DNA from: Eledone cirrhosa
Taxonomy: Eukaryota
Assembly: GCA_964016885.1 (NCBI GenBank)
Contig: OZ024740.1
Coordinates: 168,578,001 to 168,642,000 of the forward strand
Length of the DNA: 64,000 nucleotides
Direction of reading: 5' to 3'
The notes beneath the pieces are model-generated. The model worked only from the letters and a program-made list of their open reading frames with translations, was not told the DNA's origin and did not search any database. Both the position numbers and the translations under genes were made by a program. Of the stretch, positions 13,557 through 24,469 are shown in pieces (within the stretch, counting starts at the first letter, position 1; the number at the start of each line of letters is the position of its first letter).

Positions 13557-13626
13557 CATATATATATACATAATATATATATACATATATATATATATAC
13601 ACATATATATATATATATATACATAT
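12599..13626. repeat. ~1 kb interrupted (TA)n tract between two divergently oriented RTE copies
   Basis: Blocks of C-interrupted and G-interrupted TA repeats. Confidence 0.95.
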
Positions 13627-14197
13627 ATGAAGGACGATAGCTGTATAACAAAGTGCAGGGCAATAAAGATAGACGGTAGCCACGGAATAGGCAGACCCAG
13701 AAAAACCTGGGACGAGCTGATAAACTCCGACCTCACACACTTACACCTCACCAAGACAATGTCACTGGACCGAGACCTTTGGTGGTACTCAGTAATAGAG
13801 AAGACCCGCCTTACATAAATACAAAGTAAAACCTACTACAGTCAGTAGGCATCTCTAACAAAATACACCCCCGTCCCACCACCTCATCCACACCGCCCCC
13901 TTCTATGTAAAGTTATGTTGGTGCCACACCATCCAGGCCGAAACAAATGGGATCGTGTAGGTGTCACGACAAAAAAACACACAGTCCACGCTGTAATGCG
14001 GCCGTGTAGGCAACACGGTAAAAACCTCCCAGACCCACACTGTAAATGTGGTTGGTGTTAGGAAGGGCATCCAACTGTAGAAAAACTGCCAAACAGTCCT
14101 ATGCGAGCAAGACAATCACTCTTGCCTCAACTGGGAAAACCCCCGTCCAAACCCATGCAAGCGTGGAACACGGACGTTAAACGTTGATGATGATGAT
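13627..14197 (+). mobile_element. RTE LINE family B, short 3' copy
   Basis: [10 protein letters not shown]...GRPRKTW...KTRLT*, then 3' UTR and (GAT)n. Confidence 0.93.
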
Positions 14198-14275
14198 ATA
14201 TATATACATATATATATATATACATATATATATACATATATATATATACATATATATATATATACATATATATAC

Positions 14276-14342
<67 letters not shown>

Positions 14343-14361
14343 CATACATATATATATATAC

Positions 14362-14439
<78 letters not shown>

Positions 14440-14440
14440 A

Positions 14441-14770
14441 TATATAAGAACAAAAGATGGTTAAAAGAGTTCCATGTATTTTATTATGCGCATTTCAAAA
14501 ACAAATATCATCATGCAGTAATATTTGTGTTTTCATCAGATAAAACAGGAAGACATGATATGAAGGTTAAAAAACACTTGTGGATAGTGCAGTTTTAAAT
14601 CAACATATTGATTTAAAACTGCACTATCCACAAGTGTTTTTTAACCTTCATATCATGTCTTCCTGTTTTATCTGATGAAAACACAAATATTATTGCATGA
14701 TGATATTTGTTTTTGAAATGCGCATAATAAAATACATGGAACTCTTTTAACCTTCTTTTGTTCTTATATA
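14441..14770. repeat. Near-perfect fold-back inverted repeat (~163-bp arms, 4-nt loop) with a hammerhead in each arm
   Basis: 14441-14603 is the reverse complement of 14608-14770 with only a few mismatches. Confidence 0.92.
14666..14732 (+). ncRNA. Type I hammerhead ribozyme (mirror copy 14479-14545 on minus strand)
   Basis: ttttat-CTGATGA-long stem II (acaaatattat/atgatatttgt)-GAAA-tgcgca-TA-ataaaa. Confidence 0.8.
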
Positions 14771-14859
14771 TTATGTATACTCCAGTCCTACAAACTGTAG
14801 AGTGCTTCTTATCCGATATCTGCATTGCTTTATTGTACTACAATAAAACTCACCTCCTA

Positions 14860-15234
<375 letters not shown>

Positions 15235-15400
15235 AATAGCTTTCACCGTATATTTGACTAAAGAAATTTTAGCCTGATAATGGGGTTTAGAACCCTCTGA
15301 TAAATGGAAAAAGATGAGTATTGACGTACATTTATCTGAGGGTTCTAAAACCCATTATCAGGCTAAAATTTCTTTACTCAAAAATACGGTGAAAGCTATT
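15235..15400. repeat. Fold-back inverted repeat (~72-bp arms), homologous to 625-737
   Basis: aatagctttcaccgta...gataaatg / catttatc...tacggtgaaagctatt; same family as the fragment at 625-737. Confidence 0.8.
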
Positions 15401-15657
15401 TTATTTTCTAATTTCAAACCTGCTCACTGTTTCAAAACATACTTACTTGTCATATATATATATATATATATGTATATATATGTATATATGTGTATATATG
15501 TATATATATGTATATATATGTATATATGTATATGTATATATATATATGTATATATATGTATATCATCATCATCATCTTCGTTTAACGTCCATTTTCCACG
15601 TTAGCATGGGTTATATATATGTATATATATATGTATATATATATATACATATATATA

Positions 15658-16604
15658 AGTGAGGTTTTTTTCACAAAACGAAAAAAAACCGGTGTGTCCT
15701 ACACGAGTGAATGTATAAGGAAAATGATGAAATCGAAAATGCAACTGGAGTCTTTTTTTATAAAAATATATATTTATTTGGTTCCTTTACCAGTTTCGCA
15801 GTTGTTCTGCTTTTCAAAAGCAGAATTGAGATGGAGGGTTTGTGGTTTTTCTCACATCTGGTTGGTGTTTGAATGTTACTTTTTTTTTACATGGAAAATT
15901 GTGGCTCGAAATGCTAGGTCTTTAGAGAAGTAATTTGGCTGGTTGGTGAATAAGTATAATAAATTTCGCGCCAGTTCGCGTTACAAAGTTCTTATTATAT
16001 TTGTCTTTTAAAAAAAAGGGGGGGGGGGGGGGACTCAGGTTGTTTTTTCATGAGTGAAGTTTGGTTGGTTGATGGAGTCACATGAATAAGCACATCAGCT
16101 TTCGTGCTAGTTTGTGTTTGAATTTCTTTTTACTTAAAAAAAGGTGGCTCACGAAGGCTTCTTTTTTTATAAATGTAATTTGATTGGTTATAAATGAAAT
16201 TATGACTGTCACCTGAACAAGTACATTAAATTTTGCTCCCGTATTTTGGAACTTTATTTTTGTAGTCATTTAGAGAATTTTTTGTGTCAAACAAAAGATA
16301 ATGGTAAAAAAAAAAAGGATGGAAAGAGTTGTTCTGAGTATGACTGATTTGCTGAAATGAAATTTGATTGGTTATAAATGAAATTATGACTGTCACGTGA
16401 ACAAGTACATTTCGCACCCATATTTTTGAATTTGTTTTATAGCCTTTTAGAGAATTTTGTGCCAAACAAAAGATAATGGTCAAGAAAAACGGGATGGGGA
16501 GAATTGTTCTGGTTCAGTGAATATGGCTGGTGTGCTGGGGTGTCAAAATTCAGACTTTCTATTTAAATAAAGAAAGTAGAGATATGTATGTTCATTTGTG
16601 TGCT

Positions 16605-16637
<33 letters not shown>

Positions 16638-17465
16638 GAAGATGATTCTATTAGTAGAAATGGGGGAGGGAGTTGTGTGTATGTGTGTGTGGTTAGCATG
16701 TTAAGGTGTTAGAGTATTAAAGTATGTTAAGGTTTATTTAGTTCTGGTTTTTATTTTTTAAAATAGAAGGTGTTATGTGTGTATGTATATGTCTGTGTGT
16801 ATGTATATGTGTGTATGTATATGTCTATTTGGATGGTTAGCATGTTATGGTGTTGACATAATCTATATTAAACTATATTTAATGCTGGTCTATAGTTTTG
16901 AATAAACATATTTTCCTTATTTATTCGTATTTGTTCTGTTGTATTGTCAGCGCAAAGATAAAATGGGAAGACTTGAAATTTGGGTGTCTTATTACTTGCG
17001 CATATGTCTAGATGTGTCTGTCTAGTGGTAGGGTCACGTAATTGTTGGCGATGAATTGTCATTCTGTTTCTGAGTGTGAGTTTAGTTTGTCCTATATAAT
17101 CTTCATTGCATCCTTTACATTTAATGGCATAAATTAGATTTTTTGATGAGCAAGTGAAGTGATTTTTTACAGCAAAATTTTGTCCTGACTGAAATGTATA
17201 CGTGTTGCCTTCAATGAGGTGAGTGCAGGTTCCACAATTAGAGCGACCACATTTTTTTACAGTTGCTTGCTAGGTTAAAAGGGATGTTCGTCTTCGTGTG
17301 CTTTGGATGGTTGGAGGTGAATAGCAGGTATTGTTTGGAATCTGTTGGTTTGTAGTGTATGTCAGTTTCAATATTTGTGTCTTTTTTTATGATTAAGATG
17401 TCCAGAAATGGGAGTTGATCCTGGCTGTATTCCATTGTGAATTGGGTGTAGTTATTGATGCCATT
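15658..17465 (-). mobile_element. Decayed Penelope-like element (RT thumb fragment, GIY-YIG endonuclease, long 3' UTR)
   Basis: Minus strand: FTMEYSQDQLPFLDILI...TDIHYKPTDSKQYLLFTSNHP; CGRSNCGTC; NLIYAIKCKGCNEDYIGQT..LRNRMTIHR...KENMFIQNYRPALN. Confidence 0.85.
15785..15820 (-). ncRNA. Minimal hammerhead-like fold with U3-A8 core variant in the PLE 3' region
   Basis: ctt-TTGAAAA-gcag-aacaa-ctgc-GAAA-ctgg-TA-aag. Confidence 0.5.
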
Positions 17466-17755
17466 ACTCACTAATGCCAAATTACCTACCACAAACCCAC
17501 AACCAACTGTCAAAAAATGTGGTCGCTCTAATTGTGGAACCTGCACTCACCTCATTGAAGGCAACATGTATACATTTCAATCATGACAAAGTTTTGCTGT
17601 AAAAAATCACTTTACTTGCACTTCACACGTAACACCTTCTATTTTAGAAAATAAAAACCAGAACTAAATAAACCTTAATATACGTTAATACTCTAACACC
17701 TTAACATGCCCCCCCCCCCCCCCCCACACATAACTCGCTCCCCCATTTCTACTAA
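17466..17755 (+). mobile_element. Inverted partial copy of the same PLE
   Basis: 17505-17620 is the reverse complement of ~17150-17265; 17632-17710 is the reverse complement of ~16695-16773. Confidence 0.85.
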
Positions 17756-18685
17756 AGGATATCCGGAAAGTCCTCAAGATCCAGCCAGCGAGTCGTCTGC
17801 ACATTGTCACCACTTTCATGATGTGTGGGGAAAAAGATGCATCATCGCTCATGTCTATACCCAGGTGTCGTATCGATTTTGACACGGGGATATCGGTCCC
17901 TCCTGGTCCTGCGTAACTGTGTTGTACTGTATTTGTGTTTGCAGGTTTGTATTGTAGGGCTTGGAATTTGCCAGGATTGAACTGCATGTTGTTTTCTTCC
18001 GCCCATTTGTATATGGCATCCAGATCTTGTTGTAAAAGGGCAGTGTCAGCCGGGTTTTTGATTGCCTGTGCTACCTTAGTGTCATCAGCATAGCTAGTGA
18101 GGGATGTTATTGTATCTACTACAGAGGGCATGTCTGAGAGAGCCACCAAAAACAGTAGTGGTCCCAGGACTGTGCCTTGGGGCATGCCACTTGTTATTGG
18201 TGTTTCCTTTGAGAGGGCCCCGTTTGCTGCGACTGTCTGGCTTCTGTCCTTTAGGAAGTCATGCAGCCACTCACCTACTTTTCCAGTTATGCTGAGTCTG
18301 TGTAGTTTGTGACATATCATTTCGTGGTCGACCTTGTCAAAGGCCTTCGCAAAGTCAAGATATATCACGTCTACATGTGAGCTGTCTAGTAGTTGTCTCA
18401 GTACCCAGTCGTAGTGATGTAGCAACTGTGTAAGGCAGCTTCTTCCAATCTTGCAGTGAACCGAGGCAGTTTCTTTTGCAAATTTAAAGAAGGCCTTAGG
18501 GTTTGTTTTAATGTTTTCTATGGCCCTGCTTTCTTTCTTTGCCCTCTCATTTTCATGGGAAAGTTTGAGTGGAATCTCGGTGCCAAGTAGTGCACGTTTC
18601 AAATAGGATTCCTTCTTGTTTTTGTTTTCTTGTTGGGCATTCAACTGGTTTGAGAGCTTGGTTCTACGTTTCATAAGGATTTTCC
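17756..18685 (-). mobile_element. CR1-clade LINE RT fragment, internally deleted
   Basis: NPKAFFKF, RSCLTQLL, DVIYLDFAKAFDKVDH, SGMPQGTVLGPLLF, SYADDTK, NMQFNPGK, HLGI. Confidence 0.9.
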
Positions 18686-19014
18686 TATATATTATATATG
18701 TATATATATATATATTATATATATATATATTATATATGTATGTATATATATATATTATATATGTATGTATATATATTATATATGTATGTATATATATATA
18801 TTATATATATTATATATGTATGTATATATATTATATATGTGTATATATATATATATTATATATGTGTATATATATATATATTATATATGTATATATATTA
18901 TATATTTGTATATATATATATTATATATGTATATATATTATATATGTATATATATATATATATATTATATATGTATATATATTATATATGTATATATATA
19001 TATATTATATATGT

Positions 19015-19321
19015 ATCATCATCATCATCATCATCATCATTTTACGTCCGCTTTTCCCTGCTTGCAAGGGTGGGACGGGTCTTATTCAGCACAGCATCTC
19101 TCCACTCGTCACGGTCCCTCGTCATCTCCACCGTGAGCTTCAATGATCTGAGGTCTGTTCTCACCACCTCCGCCCATGTTTTTTGTGGTCTACCTCTACC
19201 ACGTCTTCCTTCAACTGGCAATTCCTGGCACTTCTTCACCCATCGGTCATCCTCCATGCACATCACATGTCCATACCACCTCAGTCTCCTCTCCCGTACA
19301 CTACATTCTATTCCTCTCAGA
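19015..19321 (-). mobile_element. RTE LINE family C, short 3' copy
   Basis: GRGRPQKTW...[14 protein letters not shown] plus (GAT)n; flanked by (TA)n. Confidence 0.9.
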
Positions 19322-19403
19322 CATATATATATTATATATGTATATATATATTATATATGTATATATATATTATATATGTATATATGTATTATATATATAT
19401 ATT

Positions 19404-19739
19404 GGAGGCACATGGCTTAGTGGTTAGAGCATTGGCCTGGCAATCGAAAGGTTGTGAGTTCAATTCTCAGACCGGGTGATGTGTTGTTTCCTTGAGCAAG
19501 ACACTTTATTTCACATTGCTCCAGTTTACTCAGCTGTAGAAATGAGATGATAGGGACTGGGGTCCATATCATTCCACTGCAAAGTGGTCGTGGAGGTACC
19601 ACGGCAAAGAAGCACCCAGCACTCACTGTAAATGAGGTTGGTGTTAGGAAGGGCATCCAGCTGTAGAAATCAAGCCAGAATCAGTTCCCGTCCCACCCTT
19701 GCAAGCAGGGAAAAAGCGGACTTAAAACGAAATGATGAT
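19404..19739 (+). mobile_element. tRNA-headed CORE-like SINE, full length
   Basis: ggaggcacaTGGCTTAGTGG...GAGTTCAATTC; ccttgagcaagacactttatttcac...ctcagctgtagaaatgag (CORE-like); RTE-like tail. Confidence 0.9.
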
Positions 19740-20087
19740 ATATATTATATATATACAGGTTTACTAAAGAGATAAGCACATTCATAACATAGGTGTAAAT
19801 ACATCCAAACACACACACATACAGACACATAGACACACACAAAGTCCAGATATTTACACATTCACTCATTCACAAATCCCTGAAACTACCTTGAATCAAA
19901 CAAAGAAGCCATATCACTTGATTAGTGATTGGTTTGAAGTCGAAAAAGAACTTAAGTAAAATATCAAAGAAAGACACACAGGCACACTTTGAGGAATATA
20001 GGTATTGAGATAGATAGATAGATAGACACACATACATATATATAGAGAGAGAGAGATAGAAAGAAGAGATTTGTATATATACATATA

Positions 20088-20333
20088 TAGGTGTCACGAG
20101 AAAAAAACACACAGTCCACGCTGTAATGTGGCCGTGTAGGTAACACAGTAAAAAGTTCCCAGTTCCACACTGTAAATGTGGTTGGTGTCAGGAAGGGCAT
20201 CCAGCCGTAGAAAACCTGCCAGATAGTCCTATATGAGCGAGACACGGTCACCCGACCAACCTTGCCTCAAGTGGTACAACTCCCGTCTAACCCATGCTAG
20301 TGTGGAAAATGGACGTTAAACGAAGATGATGAT
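20088..20333 (+). mobile_element. RTE 3' UTR fragment (family B-related variant)
   Basis: Similar to family B 3' UTR with an A-like terminus and (GAT)n. Confidence 0.8.
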
Positions 20334-20435
20334 ATATATATATTATATATATATATTATATATGTGTATATATATATATATTATATATGTGTATATATAT
20401 ATATATATGTATATATATATTATATATGTATATAT

Positions 20436-20777
20436 GGAGGCACATGGCTTAGTGGTTAGAGCATTGGCCTTGCAATCGAAAGGTTGTGAGTTCAATTCTC
20501 AGACCGGGTGATGTGTTGTTTCCTTGAGCAAGACACTTTATTTCACATTGCTCCAGTTTACTCAGCTGTAGAAATGAGATGATAGGGACTGGGGTCCATA
20601 TCATTCCACTGCAAAGTGGTCGTGCAGGTGCCACGGCAAAAAAGCACCCAGCACTCACTGTAAATGAGGTTGGTGTTAGGAAGGGCATCCAGCTGTAGAA
20701 ATCAAGCCAGAATCAGTTCCCGTCCCACCCTTGCAAGTAGGGAAAAAGCGGACGTAAAATGGAATGATGATGATGAT
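20436..20777 (+). mobile_element. tRNA-headed CORE-like SINE, full length
   Basis: Near-identical to 19404-19739. Confidence 0.9.
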
Positions 20778-21019
20778 CATCATCATCACCGTTTAACATC
20801 CATTCCATTCCCATATACATATATATTATATATGTATATATATATATATTATATATGTATATATATATATTATATATGTATATATATATTACATATGTAT
20901 ATATATATTATATATATATATATTATATACATATATATATCATTTCATTTTATTTCATTTTACGTCCGCTTTTTCCCTGCTTGCAAGGGTGGTATGGGAA
21001 CTGATTCTGATTTGATTTC

Positions 21020-21137
21020 AAAGTCAAGATATATCACGTCCACATGTGAGCTGTCTAGCAGTTCTTTCAGTACCCAGTTGTAGTGATGTAGCAGCTGTGT
21101 AAGGCAGCTTCTTCCTGTGCGAAAGTCATGCTGCGTG
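21020..21137 (-). mobile_element. Short CR1 fragment overlapping in sequence with 18350-18445
   Basis: caaagtcaagatatatcacgtc...aaggcagcttcttcc is repeated. Confidence 0.75.
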
Positions 21138-21142
21138 CTAGT

Positions 21143-22707
21143 CAGGCGGTTGTCCTGTTGTGGGCAGTGTCCGGTCGGCTGACCTTGTCTTGCTCATACA
21201 GGAACTGATTCGGGCTTGATTTCTACAGCTGGATGCCCTTCCTAACACCAACCTCATTTACAGTGAGTGCTGGGTGCTTTTTTTCCGTGGCACCTACACG
21301 TCCACTTTACAGTGTGGGCTGGGTGCTTTTTTGCCGTGGCAGCTCCACGACCACTTTGCAGTGGGACGGTGTGGGGGCATATTGTCTATATGTTTCAGCT
21401 TTGGCTTGCACCCGTGGTGGGTCGGGTATTCTGTATTACTGCGTGACGCCAGAGGTCATGCTCGTGTGTCATCGCCTTTGAGAGGTCTAATTGGGTAAGG
21501 TCGGCTTTTATCACCTCATCCCAGGTGGTTTAGGGTCTCCCCACTCCGCGGTTTCCATTGACTTTTAGTGCTCTGCACCTTTTTATGCAGCTGTCATCCT
21601 TCATACGCATCACATGTCCATACCAACGCAACCGCCTCTCCTGCACACAGCATTTTGATTCCGCTTATGCTCAGTCTCTCTCTCAATTCACCCATGCTTT
21701 GCCGTTCGCGTATTACACATCCATCTGAGCATGCAGGTTTTGTTTCTTTATAATCCACGCAAGTTTTCCACATTCAGCGCCCAGGTCTCACTACCATGTA
21801 ACATTGCTGTTCGGATAAACGCATCATACAGTCTGCCTTTCATTTTGAGGGAGAAGCCTTTTGCAGCTAGCAGTGGCAGTAGCTCCCCGAACTTCTTCCA
21901 TCCCGTTCTTACCCTAGTTATTGTACTTTCCGAACACCCACCTCTGCTGCTAATTCAGTCACCTAGGTTGCAGAAGCTGTCTACTGTTTCCACAGAGCCC
22001 TCCCAGAGATTGGTGGTACTTGTTTCCTGTGGCTGTTTGCTGCTTGCTGTCCCAGAACAGATGCTACATGTGAAGCCTACATTCTTAGTTAAGCTTCCTG
22101 AGATCCTGCTACATCTCTTGTGTACTCATTGTTTGCATTTGGGGCAGAGAATGGAGTTCCTACATACACCTTTCCTACATACTGAGCAAGGCCATTTCCC
22201 TGAGGGGATCTGGGTTCTGTTTTCTCGTTTACCTACAAGGACCTTAGTCTTTGTCAGGTTGACTTTGAGACCCTTTCTTTCTAGTCCCTGCTTCCAAGTT
22301 TGGAATTTCTTCTTTAGTTCTACCATAGATTCAGCTATAAGTACGAGGTCATCTGCATACAGGAGTTCCCATTAGCATCCGGTCTTAAACTCCTCCGTTA
22401 TTGCCTGCAGGACTATGATGAACAGGAGAGGGCTAAGAACAGAGCCCTGGTGGACACCGACCTGTACGCTAAATTCTAACTTTGCTAATCCTAACTTTGC
22501 TGACTGCTCCCTTATACATGGCTTGTACAACTTTCACAAGCCATTCATCTACTCCTGGCTTTCCAAGAGCCCACCAGACCACAGCACGGGGAACTCTGTC
22601 AAAGGCTCCCTCGAGATTGATGAATGCCAGGTAGAGTGGCTTACTTTTAGCAAGGCACTTTTCCTGCAACTGCCTCACAAGGAAGAGGGCACCAGCGGTG
22701 CTTCCCT
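21143..22707 (-). mobile_element. RTE LINE family A, decayed; both ends truncated
   Basis: RT motifs with stops and frameshifts; 3' UTR lacks the terminal tail. Confidence 0.92.
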
Positions 22708-22880
22708 GTGAAATTTCGTTTCATTTCACCGGGTGAAATTTCGTTTCACTTTTCCCATTTATCGTTTTCGGTGCGCCCGGCTGATTAACTCACTCGATAT
22801 GCAAATTAGGCTGCTCAGCCGTTAATATGCATATGGAAAGTATATACTTTCAGACGTTCAATCATATGGCAGGAAGGTAT

Positions 22881-22923
22881 ACGGTGCTGACGATAGCTAA
22901 TAAGCTTGAAACTAGTACATCGT
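22881..22923 (+). ncRNA. Minimal type I hammerhead ribozyme (in module ~22708-23040)
   Basis: acggtg-CTGACGA-t-agct-aata-agct-t-GAAA-ctag-TA-catcgt; 6-bp stem I, palindromic CTAG stem III, GUA triplet. Confidence 0.85.
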
Positions 22924-23262
22924 TCCTTTGTCAGTGTTGAACAAAAGGGCAACGATGGTTGCTAAACACTGTATGGCTTAATTCGGGATGTTTGTTTACA
23001 AACAAACCGACCCTATAATAAATGTTCGGTGAATTCATATGTACATATATATATATGTGTGCATGTATGTATATATATACATACTACTGTACGTCTGTAT
23101 ACATATATGTATGTACGTATACATACTTATATATATATATGGTTACATAAAAAATGTAGTGGAATCACAGGTAAGCTATCTTAGACTGTAGATTTATCTA
23201 CATATATATAAAACCATATTTATTCTATTATATATATTTCAAGGGTACCAAAATTAATATCA

Positions 23263-23283
23263 TTGTATATATGTAGATATATA

Positions 23284-23353
<70 letters not shown>

Positions 23354-23531
23354 GATGTGTGTGTGTGTGTATATATATATATAGATGTGTGTGTATATAT
23401 ATAGATGTGTGTGTGTGTGTATATATATATATAGATATATATGTGTGTATGTGTGTATATATATATAGAGATATATATGTGTGTATGTGTGTGTGTGTAT
23501 ATATAGATATATATGTGTGTGTGTATATATA

Positions 23532-23585
<54 letters not shown>
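23263..23585. repeat. Compound (TG)n/(TA)n microsatellite
   Basis: Direct observation. Confidence 0.95.
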
Positions 23586-23587
<2 letters not shown>

Positions 23588-23727
23588 CATAGGGTTAAAG
23601 TATTGTAGGAGAGTATGAAGCGGAGAGATACAAAGAGGTGCGATACAGAATACTATATGCCAAAAGCCGAAGCGTAGTGTGCTCGATGCTTGGGTTTTGC
23701 AGGGTTAAATATTAGAGAAGGTTAATA

Positions 23728-24033
23728 TTTTGCGTAAGGTTTAAGCAGAGCTGGAATAAGCAAATGAACGAGTGAATGAAAGAGTTACAAGCCATTAAAG
23801 CATTTCTTTATATAGCTCTTACACGTGTTTCGCCCAGAGGGGCTTGTCGGAGGCGGAAGTTCCAATGGCTAGGTCCTTAATTTTGCGTAAGGTTTAAGCA
23901 GAGCTGGAATAAGCAAATGAACGAGTGAATGAAAGAGTTACAAGCCATTAAAGCAGTTCTTTATATAGCTCTTACACGTGTTTCGCCCAGAGGGGCTTGT
24001 CGGAGGCGGAAGTTCCAATGGCTAGGTCCTTAA
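23728..24033 (-). repeat. 153-bp direct tandem duplication; each unit has a degenerate hammerhead (pseudo-LTR-like)
   Basis: Units 23728-23880 and 23881-24033; minus strand CCGACAA-gccc-ctct-gggc-GAAA-cacgtg-TA. Confidence 0.75.
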
Positions 24034-24469
24034 TTACAAATCTTTGAGAGGATATCACAACTTCACATCGCCATGCATCCTGTTTTATGATGGTCAGCGC
24101 ATGGCCACCGGTGAAAGGGATATAACTCGCTAAGGGAGGTAATTACTCGGTGCTTGCTGAATGTCACTGTGTTACTTTTGACCAATCCCAGCATGGGGAA
24201 AAACATTTTTTTAATAACTTTTGCGGGTTTGGTCCAACTCAGTAGAAATCATGTAGTGTTGTTAGCACTGCACACAGGTATACCTAATGCAGGGGGGCTG
24301 CATTGGAGTGCGATGTTGAAGGCTTTGGAAGTATCATGCCAATTCGGATACAAGTTGTATGTTCATATGTTCAATTTATCTATGATGATACTTGGGTTCA
24401 GGCAGCAGGTTCATAAGATTACTTTAACCCGGTCCGGCCAAGAGGAAGAATATAGTAGGATTGTATGGA

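Noticed and set aside
10623-13754. 1043-aa ORF as a novel fusion protein
   Set aside because: Accidental join of antisense RTE-B, a 1-kb TA tract and a 5'-truncated RTE-A RT
15329-15400. Hammerhead in the 15235 fold-back (CTGAGGG...GAAAGC)
   Set aside because: Core mismatch and no stem II pairing
19404-19480. tRNA genes at SINE heads
   Set aside because: A/B boxes present but no full cloverleaf; sequence continues into the SINE body
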